The position numbers and the translations under genes were made by a program. From Lepidodermella squamata (Eukaryota; Animalia; Gastrotricha), in NCBI GenBank assembly GCA_047495785.1, contig JBLDXI010000042.1, positions 3,286,001 through 3,350,000 on the forward strand: a DNA stretch of 64,000 nt. The letters run 5' to 3'. A model generated the notes under the pieces. It had not been told where the DNA came from, did no database searches, and saw only the letters and a program-made list of their open reading frames with translations. Positions 12,723 to 25,971 of the stretch are shown here, piece by piece (position 1 is the stretch's first letter; each line of letters begins with the position of its first letter).

Positions 12723-13620
12723 TCACGTTGAAACATCAGAACTCACAACAGCTCCCTCACATTTGAGGAAACTGTTAATAGTGATGATTGAAGGCGAAAA
12801 GCGGACAGTTTTTTTCTTGTGCGAGGGCGAAAAATAGCCGTTATCTTCATTTTGACTGTCACTATCAAGCCTTTCACGGCGTCTTTCGTTAGGCTCGGTT
12901 CCGAATGTCGTAATTGAGGTGACGGTTTTATTATCCTTCGGATAAGCGTTCGCAACATTGACTAATGAGCTCCTGAAAAAATCGAAAAAATTATTTCCAA
13001 TAATTAAGGTGGATTTTTTACTAATTTACCTTGATGAAAGACGCTTTGGCAGAGTTGCAGGGCCTTTGACTTGAACTTGAGCAAGCTTGTCGATTTGTTG
13101 ACTCAATACAGTGCTATTGAATAGGGCGAGGCCCATGTCGTAGATTGGCGGCAGTTTTGACGGGATGGCGTAGGCACTGTCCAGGTACATGAGAAGGTCA
13201 CGAATCGAGGTCATGGCCATTTTGAAATCATTCAGAGCCAAGGTCACGTTGGTTCTAGTTGTCTCACTCGAATCTTTTTCCAACTTTGCTTTAAGCTGGG
13301 AAAATTACGGAAAATTATTGGATTTTCAAGGTTTAATTAATTTTTTTTACCTTTTCAACGTGATCGGTGAGAATGATTTTGATTCCGTCGTAGAGAAATA
13401 GGCCCCTTTTCAGGCTGACAGCTTTATAAGCTGCTCGATAGACGGCCTCGAAGCAGATGGAAGATAGATTTTTCGCTAATATACTCCGAACTGCCTTATA
13501 AATGACATTTTCCCAGGGTCCGGCATTGTCGCCACTTTTGCCACTCTTCTGGCCGCCATTTCCAGCCTTCAAAATCGCGCGAAATGACGCGCTGCGAGTC
13601 ATTATTCGTTGGCCATCCAT
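12723..13620 (-). CDS. Truncated Cullin-3-like protein (first cullin repeat only, plus unrelated tail); exons 13620-13351, 13295-13030, 12972-12723; ~260 aa
   Basis: WENVIYKAVRSILAKNLSSICFEAVYRAAYKAVSLKRGLFLYDGIKIILTDHV and NDFKMAMTSIRDLLMYLDSAY...IYDMGLALF mirror the CUL3 segments LSFEELYRNAY..V..KHGEKLY and NDH..AM.MIRDILMYMDR.Y; stop follows shortly, no cullin-homology/Nedd8 domain. Confidence 0.8.
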
Positions 13621-15473
13621 GATTGATGCTTATAGATGTTAGAGACGAACGAAATATATGTAACCGAAAGTTCAAATGAACGCGCAATATTTGTTAATGA
13701 TGAATATGACCTTAGACAAATGGTCACGCATGATCTACAATATAGAGCATGGTCATGAATAATAAGGAAGAATACAAAAGCATGCCATACACGTGAAAAA
13801 GTGTGTTCAAGGAGTGAATCTAATTTTAACATGCCGCGCGGATTTTTTTGCAGGCTTTACCTCATATATATGAATGAGTGCGAATTCGAAATTGTCCGTT
13901 AGGAACAAATTCTGTCGTCAAAACAAACAAATACCACTTGATATACCTACAGGTCGATATAAATGGCGATTTTCAGCTAAATCGTTGTTGTGGCCTCAAT
14001 CTCCGCCATGCATATTATATCAAATTTTGCGAGATTTAAGCCTCCTATTGAAAACTGCCGCCCCTTAATCCAGCCTAATAAATACTATAACGCACCTTTA
14101 ATTGAGTGTGCGCCTTAATTATTTTTGAGAATATAGCGCTCATTTCTGAATGCTGCAGGGCATTTTTAAGGCTATTTACGCCCATGCAGTACAATATTTA
14201 GGTTTTTAAATTTATAAATATCTTAGCAACAAAAATTGTAGCTCAAACGCGGACGAATTTAGGATGTAGAAAAAATGGTTTATGCGAAAATACTGGTTCG
14301 TGGCTTTTTTCACCTAGGTAGAGGTAGTATATAGTATTATCTATCTATTCCCTGACTAATAATTTCACGGGCAAAAATTAGATGCGAAATTATCACATCC
14401 ATGTCGTGACTCGCTATCATTAAAAACGACGTTTTTTTTACGCTCACTCACTCTCTCTCTCGTTATTCGCCCCACAAGGTGCGAGCTGGCTAATAACCTT
14501 ATACGTTGTATAGTATTATAATATTTGCAACATTAAATGCCCTCTATATTTACATTAGCGTAGGCGAGACCTAGAGTGCGAAAAATTTTCGTCATAGGTT
14601 ATTCCACGGGTTCCTACCTACGTCGATTTCCAGTGAAAATCCGGTAAAAAACAGAATGATAATTTTCAAAAATAAATCAGGCAGAAATTTGGTAATTGAT
14701 GGCAATTAATAATTGTTGACATTCCTAATGTATTTGGCTCATTAGGATGATAAACATTTTATTTCGCCTCGGGCATCAATTTATTTAGTGCCTCTGAAAT
14801 TTTTTGAGCCAACCTACTTATTGCGTCTATCAAGCTTGGCAAATTACTACCTAATTTAAAATATTTCTGGATCATTTTTAATGACATTTTTTGAAAAATT
14901 ATGGAAAACAGAAAATAGCTAAAGAATTATCCAGAAAATTTATCTATAATGGAAACAACGAATCAGTTGATGAGTGAATGATGAAATGTGTTGCTCAGAG
15001 GAAATAACAAAACGGCGCAGGATGATCTCGGCGACGTGTCTTAACGATTTTCAATCAGGCTTGACGTCGAGGCTCTCGATCACCCTGCTGATTCAATTAT
15101 AGCCGCGGATCAAGTGCCCAGACAATTAAACTCAGCACGGATAAGCTCTGATTAATATTAACGAACGGACAATAATCCCCGCTTTCGAATCGATTTTTTT
15201 ATTATAGAGCCGCTAAATGCCGATATGGTTTTGTTTTTCGCTATATAATTTAATATTAATAAGTGTTTCCAAGTTGTTTTGAACAGAGAACAAATTTCCC
15301 ACAATCAAACATTTTTCGAGTTTTTTTCGAATAATAATAATCAAACTGTTGAGTTCGCATTTTTTCAAATAAATCGGAAATAAATTGTCGCAGTAAAATC
15401 ACCGAAAGATCAGCTCAAACTGTCAGTTTATTTTTTGTTGTTGTCAACGTAAAACCTATTATGGTAAATATCT

Positions 15474-18400
15474 TCACGCGGCGATGACTTGCTCCTTGTT
15501 TTCGTCGTTGAAATTGCTGCTAGCCGCTGCCAGGTCTGCTAGAAGGGAAATATCGTCGTTCGGCGTATCGATCGAAACAGTTGACGACGAGTTGCTTCGA
15601 CTGTCCGACTGGTGGTTGCTTTTCGCAAATCTATGATTGCCAATCGTCAGGCTGCTGAATGACTCGGCAATTGACGACGAGCCGCCGCCGCCTTCAACTT
15701 TTCGGTTTCCGATGTTGACGAAAACCGCTGATCTGTTTTGTTGATCGACGAGTGGCTGCTTGGCGTTGTTTTCGGATGATTCTGAAATTTCGTCGACTTT
15801 TTTAACGACCAGTGACGGGACTTGGACAGATTGGCTACGCATCGGTCCGCTTGGCGGTAGTCCCAAATTGGCGCCGGCGTATGAACCTTGACGGTTGGCG
15901 AAAGAGAAATGGTCCTTCGATTCACCTTAGTAAAAGGAAAAGCGAAATAATTCAAACTCAAGGCACATATAATGTCCCATAAATTTGCCTATAAATCAAT
16001 CGATAGTTCCATAAATCAATTTATCAAATTTTGGCTGAGGCGAAGCAGCCGAACATTTTTAGCGAGAAAATCACAAATTTGAATGCGAACTAGGAAAACG
16101 ACAGTTTCGGAAGTTTTAGGAATTTTTCGCCAAGTTCATTAAAATGCAAAAATGCCGTCCAAATCGTTGACCGAACCAAACCGAACATTTCGTTCGGCCA
16201 GGATTAAAATATATCGACGTTGCAAAAAAACCCTAAAAATGCGTTAGACGAAGTTGGCCGAACATTTTTGAGAAAGATGAAATAGTTCGGCCAAGTTTGA
16301 CCACGCCCGAAAATGTTTGACCACATCTCAATATCGTTAGCAACGTTGAATAACTCGGATTTAGGCATGTTTACATGTGTTTCAAGGTTAGAGGTGACAA
16401 CTAAAAAGTCTCTTGTTTTGCCTCTTCGTTCATGTTAAAAAACTCTACTATTTACTTGTCACCCCTCACCTTGAAACGGATGTAAACAAGCCTAAATCCG
16501 AGTTATTCAACGTCGCTAACGATATGTTCGCCCAAGTTCGACCAGGCCAAACGTGTTCCGACTAGGTTCGGCCAAACAAAATTATCTTCGACTATAGGTT
16601 CGACTAACCCGAGCCGATAGATTCAAACAGGCCAAAACAGCTTCGGCTAGGTTCCAACAAGCTAAAAAAGCTTCGACTAGGTTCGACCAAGCTGAAACAG
16701 GTTCGACTAGGTTTGACTAACCGGTGCCGATACTGGGGCCGCAAATTCGAAAACTCTAAAACTTAGCTTTGAACTTGGAACTTGAAAAACCATATTTTAG
16801 GGAAATCTAGAACTGGAGCCTTAAACTGAGTGCTGGAACCCGAAATTTAGGATGTGTCCCAGACAATCTCATCTTATATCTAATTCTGAATAATAAAATT
16901 GAGATCATTTGAGGGCTTTTCTATCCCCGCAATTTCGCATTTGAGCTGGGAAAGTTAGCACCAACTTTCGCTTTATCGGAACTCCAATTTTTAGCTCAAT
17001 TCTAGCGCTACTAGGAAATGTCTTGTAAATTGAGCCCCGCAGCCCTTGTCATTTCGAAATTATATATCTTACCAAAGGAAAAATGTTGTCTTACCTTTAA
17101 GTTGGCTTCGCTGGGTGAAAACAGGAGCGTTGGGCTGCAATTTGCTGTTCTGTTGCTGCCACGAGCCGTTCGACATTTGCTGGAAAAACGACTGGTAAGT
17201 CGCGCGATTGGCCACCTGTTGCTGGCGGAAATTGTTGAAATTAATCGTGGTGCCCGACGCGAGTTGCATCGAACTCTGGCTCTGCGTTGTAGTCGCACTG
17301 GTCCCAGTTAACCCAGCCGTTGAATTTGAGTTGATCACCTGAAGAGCGGGCCACATTTTGTGAAAAGCCGCCAAATGAGCTCCAGTCACCTGATGGTTAT
17401 TGCCAGCCATCAGCGATGCGAACGGGTTTTGAAGCATTTGAGGCGGAACCGCGGATTGCGGCAAACGATTCTGCGCGACCAGTGGGACCTTTTGCTGGTG
17501 GTTCTTATTCTCACCCAGCGACATGATCAATTGATGAATATTCGACGGGGAAGGCGTGGGAGAGGGCGGCGGAGGTGGAGGCGCTTGATTTTTATTGGAA
17601 AGGTTAGGATGCTGGGCGCCAGGAACCATAAGATGGGCAGGCGGCTGATCCCAACGAGTCGGCTTCCTAGGCCTTGGAGCCGCTTCTGGTAGTTTAACCT
17701 GAACCGGGCCAGCTGGAACCGGCGACTTATTCGACCCAGTTTTCACGGACGAAACGCCATTCGAGTACAAAATGGTTGTAGTCCCGCTCGGGGATCCGCT
17801 AACATGGTGCCTTTTAGTCGATAAAGCCAGCCTGTGACTTTCCTGGATGTTTAGCAGAAGCAATTCGATGAGCGGAGCTTTGTCGTATTCAGCGCTGATG
17901 AGATCACGAATTTGGCGAACGATGTTGGAATATTCATGAGCTGATCGGGCCAAAAGGTCAGACGACAAGCTGTTGAGAAGCAATTCGAGTTGCTGCTTGG
18001 AATCGATTGGTTCCAGCTTCATAGGCTGCCATCCATTCTAAAATTTGCCATAAAAAAGTAAAAATAATTCAATTAATAATAAATAAATTATTTCATTTCT
18101 TCTTAATTAATCAATTTTTTAGATTTTTTTATGAATTGATTTTAACCTTTTTCGCCTGAAGGATTAAGCTGGCCAAAGTTTTCATGCGCTGCGAGAACGA
18201 AGCCGATTGAGCAATATCGGTGAGTTCTTCGCAGAAATTAGCCCACCATTCAATCATAGCCTTGGCGAGAACCTGGACTTCAAACTCGCGTCCGATACGG
18301 TTCAGCAGTTCCGCTAAGCATTCAAGCGCATCTTCGGTTTTCCGCGCTAACAATGAATCTGTCAGCGACAGCAGAAACGTGAAGTTGATATGCTTCATGT

Positions 18401-21133
18401 CGAACAGTTTGGCGACCAGTCTAATTAATCATAATTAAAATTAATTAAGCCCTTCATGCCTGGGATTAGTCCCATCACCTGATGCAAGCGATGTTCTTTC
18501 GCTTGAGCAAATTTTCTAGTTGCCCTATTTCTTGAGGCAGGTAGGCGTTTTTGTTCGCCTAGGAAGACAAGCAATTTAGAAAATTTCCACGAAAATTCAG
18601 GGACAAACCAGATCTTTCGATGACTGCAAAAGCTTGGCAGTTTCGCATTTGGCGCTCAGGTACTTCAAACAAGCTTTCTGAAGCTCAAGAGTGAAATTCT
18701 TACCAACCCCGTAATCTTGGCGGTAAAATGCAATGCAAAGCTTAGCAGCATCTTCAAGCGACTGCTCGTTGCTATCGATTTGCAGAAAAATCTGTAAAAA
18801 ATCAGAAAAATTACAGAAAAATTAGCAAAATAATTTTATACCTTAGCCAAAATAATTTCAACAGCTTCGGTAAAAAATGGTATCGAAATCGCCTGCAATT
18901 TCGGCTTGAAAAGGCGGGCAGTTGATTCAATGTTGGCTGTATTGATTTGTGAGATCAAATCGATGAGAGATCGGAATTCAGCGTCCTCTGTCATATTGAC
19001 CGGCTTTGGAAGGGAAATTTGGGCAATTGAAACAGGCGTAGGAGGTTTCCTAACAGGTTCCTCAATTGGGACAGGCTTAGGCGAAGTTCGAATTGAAATC
19101 GTCTGGCCAGCTAGAGTAATGGTCTCATTAGGCTTCCGATTCCAGCCACCCTTCTGAAATTCAAAAAATCACGAGAAATTTAAAATTTCGAAAATTTCAA
19201 TTTTTCAAACCTTTCTGACTTCGGTTAAAAATTGGAGAATTTCTCGCTCTTTTTCAGCGCTAACAAGGCGTCGATTTGGCGCCGCTTTCGTCAAGCGTTC
19301 AGCGCAGCTTTCCCAGAAAGCAACCTCCAATCCATTCAATTTGGCGATGCCGTAGTCAATCAAGCGATCGACGTTCTTCATCACCTCGTAAGTGAACAAA
19401 TACGACAGATCGCGTTCAGGCTTCGCCAGTTCGTTGACGTAGTGCTTGAAAACGTGCGATTGAAGCAGGCCGAGGCGGCACAGCTCGTTCGATAGGCGGA
19501 AACTCGAGCAGAATTCAACGACGTGATCGACAGTTTCGAGGCGGTGAATTTGCATAGCGCTCTGAACGACGGCCTTACGCAGGGTGACTGGTGGTAGGGT
19601 CTTAGTTAAATGGTCCAAAAGCAGCATGTAGCTGGCAAAGGTTCGCGCATCAGCATTCAGCATCTAAAAAATCAAAAATTTAATCAAAAAATGATTGAAA
19701 ATTTGAGTTTTCAACCTCGTTCAGCATTTCATCGATAGCTCCAACAAAGGCGTCCTTTGAGGAGTTGCAGTAGCCTTCCAACAGCCTTTGGATGCTCGAG
19801 GCGTGTGTTACGAAGCTATCGGGATGGCGGCCCAAATTTCGTAGGGCCAGGCGAATTTCTGAGATTTGCCCAGTGTTTCCGAACATTGGAACGTGCGTGT
19901 AGTTATCCTGCTCGGCACAATCAGGCAGTGGGGTCGTGTGATTCTTGGCTGGCGACGGGCCTTTGGTTGAAATTTTAACGATGGCTGGGTCGTCAATGGG
20001 CGAGATGAGTTCACGCCTCGGGCAATCACGTGTCCTCTAAATGAAACAATATTTAAAATTTAAAAATTCAAATAAATACTTCAGAGTTTTTTAAAAATTT
20101 CCTAAATTTTCCAGAAATTAAAATCTAGCATTCAGAAAAAGCTAGGAATTTTAAGGTTTATAATGGTCTGTTAGCCCAAGCCGAAAAATTATTAGACACC
20201 GCGATCCCGTGATAAGACTCTTCCAAAAATAACCTTCCAATTCCTTGGATTATTTTAGATTTTTTTAGTTATTTTTAGCTCAAGACAATAATAAGCGAAC
20301 ACCTTGTACGTTATTGTACTAGAATTCCTTACCTTTTTAATGAGTTCAACGAGCTTAGTAGCGTTGCTGAGCAGGTTTGCATTGGTGACAATGCCTTTAC
20401 GACACGCCTCGCCGAGCACCGTCTCGCATTCCGCCCAAAATTCAGCATCGAATGAATAATCAATGTGAGGCGAGCTCGAGTTGTTATCCAACAGCCATTC
20501 GACGTTGGCGAGAATTTCGTAGAGAAACGCGATTCCGACCTCGCCTCGACGCAGGTTTGCAAACATTTTCGCGAAAAATTTGTAATAACCCCGTTGGATC
20601 AAATTCAGCCGGTAAAGCTCATTGATCAATCTGGAACATTATTAAAAAATATAAAAAAATATACCTTAATTTTTTTAAAATTTACGGTAATTTTCGGCGA
20701 AATTTCGCAACATCTTCAATTGTTTCAGCCTCAGGGTGTTTCATACAATAACCTGAAATCGCTTGCGAGATTGGAAAAATTTGACCATTTTCCAGACGGA
20801 TTGAAGCCTAATTTTCGAAATTTTAAATTAAAAACAAATTGAAGCCAATTTTTTTACATTTTTGATTTGATCAAAGAGTCGAATGTAGCGAGGCACGATG
20901 TCTGGATTCGTGTTGAAAGCCCGCTGTAAAATTTCCTCGACACTTGCGACGAAGAGGCGCTTTGGCATAGAGCCGAGGAGCTTGTAAATTTCACCGGCCA
21001 TAGCATGGCAGCGATTCGGCGAAACGGCATCGACGTAGCTGTCGACCAGTGAGCACAACTTGTTGTAGTCGCGCCGCTGAATCGGATTCATGGCTTCAAC
21101 AGGCGACGAATAACAGCCAGACATGGTTTGCAT
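15474..21133 (-). CDS. Multi-MIF4G (eIF4G/DAP5/PAIP1-like HEAT) protein, paralog A, multi-exon, with Q/P-rich C-terminal tail
   Basis: Three HEAT blocks (LINELYRLNLI; RLSNELCRLGLL; KRKNIACIRLVAKLFDMKHI...EDALECLAELLNRIG...FSQRMKTLASLILQAKKNGW), the last matching eIF4G MIF4G GNIKFIGELFK..EESLECLCRLLTTIG..SSRIRFMLQDVLDLR..NW; short GT-AG introns link the ORF fragments. Confidence 0.8.
16180..16730. repeat. Degenerate minisatellite (~30-bp units, gttcgactaggttcgaccaag...) in the last intron of paralog A
   Basis: Recurrent gttcggcc/gttcgact/aggttcgacc motifs, interrupted by the MITE at 16331-16525. Confidence 0.6.
16331..16525. mobile_element. MITE family X copy 2
   Basis: atatcgttagcaacgttgaataactcggatttaggc...gcctaaatccgagttattcaacgtcgctaacgatat near-perfect TIR. 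Confidence 0.85.
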
Positions 21134-22416
21134 TAAAAAATTGTTGTAACTGTAGCCTTTTGTTGTTTTTTTTGGATAAAAGAATCTTGAAAAAAACAAG
21201 GGTTGAAATGAAATAAAATTTGTAATTATTTTTGAATTTTTCGATGAATCGAGATGAAAATCTAGCGAAAAGGAAATAAAAGTGAAACAAGACAGAGAGG
21301 ATTTTCGAATTTAGCGCGTGTGTTCAATGAAAAACGCGCGCTTTTTGGCAACAGCAGCAGCGGCTCGTGTAACAGCTTGGAAAACACGGCTTTCTTCAAT
21401 GAATGGATATTGTGTTGCAGATATGAATAGTATACGGCAGACGGGCCTCAGCTTGCGATTTCTTGCTTCATTCGATGTGATATTTCAAGAGTCAGACATT
21501 AAACCTGCGACAACTAGGTTATTCGATAATTTGAAAAATGACAGGGCAACAGGATCGAATAAAAAGTAACTCCTATGAACTTATGATCCGGAAATGACCT
21601 TTCAATATTTTTAGGGACATGAGTTCATTCCGACACATAAAAGCTAGAAATTTTCGTCATTTTTTTGCTGTCACATCTCGAGCATATAAGTGAGTGATCA
21701 AACGCTAACACAAGTGATATATATGAGCATTGATACCTCAAATTTCGCCTTCATTCTCGGTGCGATAACGTTGAGTACATGATTTTCTGTTGCCTTCAAT
21801 GTGCTTGCTTTTGCTACATCTTTAGAATTAATAACTTTGGCACTGAGTAAACAAAGCGTGCGAAACATAATTTTATAAAACACCCTCCAAATTTGCCCTA
21901 ATTATTAGCGGAAGTCTCAATTACATAAGCGTCCGCTTTTTTTGTCAGTTGTCATCGGGACAATAAACGTGATTAATTGAATCCATAACCTAAATCGCCT
22001 TCACCGTACACACGGACAAACCTATTAAATTCTTTGTTTTCTCACTGCGCACCTGAGCTTGGTTAAAGTTAACCTAATTGAATGTTGGCAATAATTGGTT
22101 TGATTGAAAACGCGAGGAGCTTTTGTGTAGAATTTCGAGGTAGTTTGTTTTCCGGGCTATGCTATGCCATCAGAAATAACTGACAGTTACAGCCATAAAT
22201 AACCTGGTTATGTCTATTTGCCCTAGGCCCTATTAAATAGCTATTATTAAATCAGATCCAACAACTTTGCCCAGATCCTAATAAAGGCAAAATAAAGGGA
22301 GAAGCTAAATAACGACCTTATGTCTTTTAATTGAGGTCTGGGCGAAACCGGCAAAACACGCGCTAACTCTTGCAACCTCCTCGTGTATTACTAAAAATAG
22401 CATATGGACTAGGAGC

Positions 22417-22610
22417 TAGGGTATGTTTTTTTATTCACCCCGGAATTTCGGGAAGCTCAGGTGTAGGCACGGGATAACAGATTTTTCGATGTACACACCA
22501 GAGGTTTTCGGGCAATGAAGTCTTCTACATAGCTCCACATTTTCATTTCAAGATGAGCTTCAGAAGTGGGCGACCCGAAAATTCGGGGTGAATAAAAAAA
22601 CACACCCCTA
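22417..22610. mobile_element. ~190-bp MITE with ~35-bp TIR
   Basis: tagggtatgttttttattcaccccggaatttcggg / cccgaaaattcggggtgaataaaaaaacacaccccta; CTAG context on both sides. Confidence 0.75.
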
Positions 22611-22980
22611 GGTTATTTCTTTTTCATTTTTACGAAATTCTTCTCAAACATACTTGGAGTAGAATGTCGAAATGTCCCGCGAATTCAGTTTCGTCACATG
22701 AATTTAATTAAACATGTTAGCGTTAATTTCATGCCCGTTAATTATATATAAAAAAACTTGAAACCAATTTAATTCATGGGCGTGATTTAAGGGCTTCTTA
22801 ATTGGGCGAAAAATGTATTACGAGCGTGGTAAAAATGGTAAATGAGCGTGCATCAACTCAGAACCATCTTATTCCGATTCATCCACAATAAATAGGTCAA
22901 CAATTATCATTCGCCATTGAAATCATCATTCTAATTATAGGAGGAGCAGGGAGGCATAAGGGAGGCAATACGTATTAAAA

Positions 22981-25250
22981 CTACCTGAAATTCCTTTCGT
23001 TTCACTTTTCACTCGATGTCAGGCACTAATAATAACTATAGTTGGGCGGGCACTCTTTGAGGACAGAAGTTCAACGCCTGGGGGAAGCCAGCAATGAATC
23101 AAATCAAAGTTGGTTGTAATTACCCAACTTCGATAAATTATTTTGGGTTTTTTCGCTGTACATGCTCGCGCAGCGAACGACTTCTCTATCCGGGAAGGGT
23201 TAATTCGGTTGTTTACAAGCTCGAAATTACGCATCGATTATGAATATCTCTTGATGTGAAAGTTTGAAATGAGGAAGGATGAATAGCAACTTCAACGGCA
23301 AACTCACTGTGAGAATTCAACGTTGATTCCAAAACCGGATAATCTCCATTAGGCAGTTGCCTTGAGGCCCGGTGAATGTTCCCGGTGATACTTATTCTGC
23401 GCTGCAATGGCAAAGGGAGAGACAAAAGCTCTCAGCAATTCCGGATCCCCTTAGTTTTGTGCTATCTATAAACTCACGCCAGGGCAATGAGACATATATT
23501 TTGACCGCAATATAGCCTGGATTCACGCAGAATAACCAGCTCATATTGGCCATATCTATCAAGAAATGGACATTCGAAGATCGCATTTTACGACTTGTGA
23601 CTACGGAGTTACCTATATATTTCCGGTATAATAATAATGGATTGTCTTTAGAATTGTCAAAACCCGTCCGAATCAATGAAGCTGAACAAAGCTCCGCAAA
23701 ATAAAGAAAAACAACTTTCTCATCCCTAATCCCAATAGAAACTGTTGTCCGAAATTAGGAAGCTGTAGCATAGCATTAAGCTCATAAATTTGACCTTTTA
23801 CCACGATGCACTGTTTTTAGAATGAAGCAATTCCTAATATCACAGTGAAACATTTTTGGCGATCGTCGACATTTCCTACCGGCTGACGGACAATAGGGCT
23901 GCCGAATCGCAGATTTTCTCTGAGTTCCAACTCCGAGGGAAGTGTTTTATTTTCACGTGGCAATTAGCTGCTCCGCTTGCTTGCTTATAATCAACCGCAG
24001 TCATTAAATAGCTCACCAATTAATTGGGGGTATTTGTAATTTTCATCATGTGTCATTTCGCATGGTGATGAGGGGGAGAAGACCAGTGAGGACAATGAGT
24101 TAAATTTAATTTGGTCATGTTGCAGGCGAGGCCCAAGATATTGAGGTTTTGGTCAGAAAAATACTTGAAAATAGTCGTTGATATCGCGAACTTGTAGCCA
24201 ATTCGATGTCTATGCGTTGCGTGATTTCGGGTGAAAATCGACGGTAACCATTAACACAGGTTTAATTCTAGTTGTAAGGTTCAATGCCTTTTCACTCAGA
24301 TATGTAAAGCGATGTACTTGAACATACGATTTAGCGAGGTAACCTCTTAACTTACGAGGCCTAATCAAGCTACAACAGATAGCTAGGAACTCAAAAATTT
24401 ACTACGACACGAATGATTTGAGTTGTCACACTCGGTGGACCGTAAAAAGAATCGCTGAGGGAAATTAACTGGAAAATGAGTGAGCTCATCATTTCTCCTG
24501 AAAGTATCCCGACCGTGTCGGTGGTGCAAATCATCACTTCTGGAAGTTGGTAGAACCAATAATAGAGCTAATACTACAAAACGTCCTCGAATGGGAATAC
24601 AAAGCTCTTGGCATTTCACAGTTCATAACGCGCTTGCTTGCTAAAGATAGATCTGAAGGAAATCTAGGAGTTATTACGGCTACCTGAAATTCGTATTGGT
24701 TCATTCGATATCAGGCACTAATAATAACTCGTTAGGCGGGCACTGTTGAGGGCAGAATTTCGGCGCACGAGGGAAACCGGTGATGAATCAAATCAAAGTT
24801 GGCTGTAATTAACCAACTTTTAATTAAATTAGCTCGGGATTTATCGCTAAACATTTTCTAAATCCTGGAACGGTCAAGTCAGCGTTTGCAAGCTCGAAAC
24901 AACACTTGATATCTAAGTCCGAAATGTGAAGGGTGGAGGGATGAAACCAGCAAACTCACTGTATGAGGAGAATTCAACGTTGATACTTGACGGCCAGATC
25001 ATCCAAGTAAGCCTTGGGTCCAAATGAATCTTCTTACCTCGGATAAAATACCGTTAATATGAAACTATGAAAGGGCCTCTCTTAAGAAAATCGCCGCTGT
25101 AGCAAATAGAGAGGCAAAAAACCTGTTGGTGCGAGCTCTCAAACAAATAACTTCTGTTTGGATGAAGGTCGATCCAAGATCCAAGCTCGATCAAAGATTT
25201 GACCAAGGGTCCGTCGCCATGATCCGGCACTGGTTGCTGTACCGATCGGT
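22981..25250 (-). pseudogene. Diverged tandem duplication (22981-~23700 vs 24680-~25250) of a frameshifted coding-like sequence
   Basis: Shared blocks ctacctgaaattc, tcaggcactaataataact, tgaatcaaatcaaagttgg, gagaattcaacgttgat; translations FCLSLCHCS / FCLSICYSG broken by stops and frameshifts. Confidence 0.45.
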
Positions 25251-25481
25251 ACAAAAAATAATATTTAAAAATAGAGAATCGAAAGCGGTTTATTATTATT
25301 CAAAATTCCCTTTTGCAACAAAGAAATCGCGTGCAACATTTAGCATTATCATCTGCAAACTAACAGGAGAAGGTTATAAAAGGGGTGGATTGTGGGTCAA
25401 ATTACTTTTTACAATATGAGAGTATCAAAAGGTGCGAATATATGTATATAGATATCACAGTCTGAGATCCGAAAGGCGCCT

Positions 25482-25971
25482 TTACACTTGCTCGCATTTA
25501 CGGTTCAGCATTTGACGCGCAACGCGCTGTGCCCACATGTAGAAGGCCCCAGTTCCAGAGCAGATGTTGTGGGAATGCTGGAAAATTGCCATGCAAGACT
25601 CGTAGCGGCACTTTCGCTCGGCTGCATGCATTTTCTGCGACAAGTGGCGCATGTGGTCTGTATCACCATTCAGCAGTGATCTCGCAACCATTCCTGATGA
25701 GAAGGTTACATTAAAAAGTCGGCGAAAGTCATGACAATCAAGATATCTTACTTTGAAGGTGTTTATCTGGCTGCGGCGTAGTCGACTTGGGTTTGCGTTT
25801 TTGCAAGTATTGTTTGATGGTAGACGGGACCAACTGATCGACTGACCCATCTTTCTCGGCCTGATGGACCATAGCTGTTAGCAAGATATCGACGTTGAAA
25901 TTCTGCTCAGCGCCAAGCGCAATTCGGTGAAGAGCGAGTAAAATCGCAACTAAGCATAGCTTGTACGACAT
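25482..25971 (-). CDS. Secreted 4-Cys helical protein family, paralog P2; exons 25971-25752, 25693-25482
   Basis: Signal peptide MSYKLCLVAILLALHRIALG; KRK site; same phase-1 intron; MHAAERKCRYESC...ICSGTGAFYMWAQRVARQMLNRKC. Confidence 0.88.

Noticed and set aside
16180-16730. Repeat array superficially like CRISPR
   Set aside because: Degenerate tandem units with no unique spacers, eukaryotic intron context, no cas genes
15474-21133. Calling the MIF4G genes UPF2/smg-3 or eIF4G/ifg-1
   Set aside because: Key motifs are degenerate, no MA3/W2 domains or acidic UPF1-binding tail seen, and there are four divergent local copies; no gene symbol assigned
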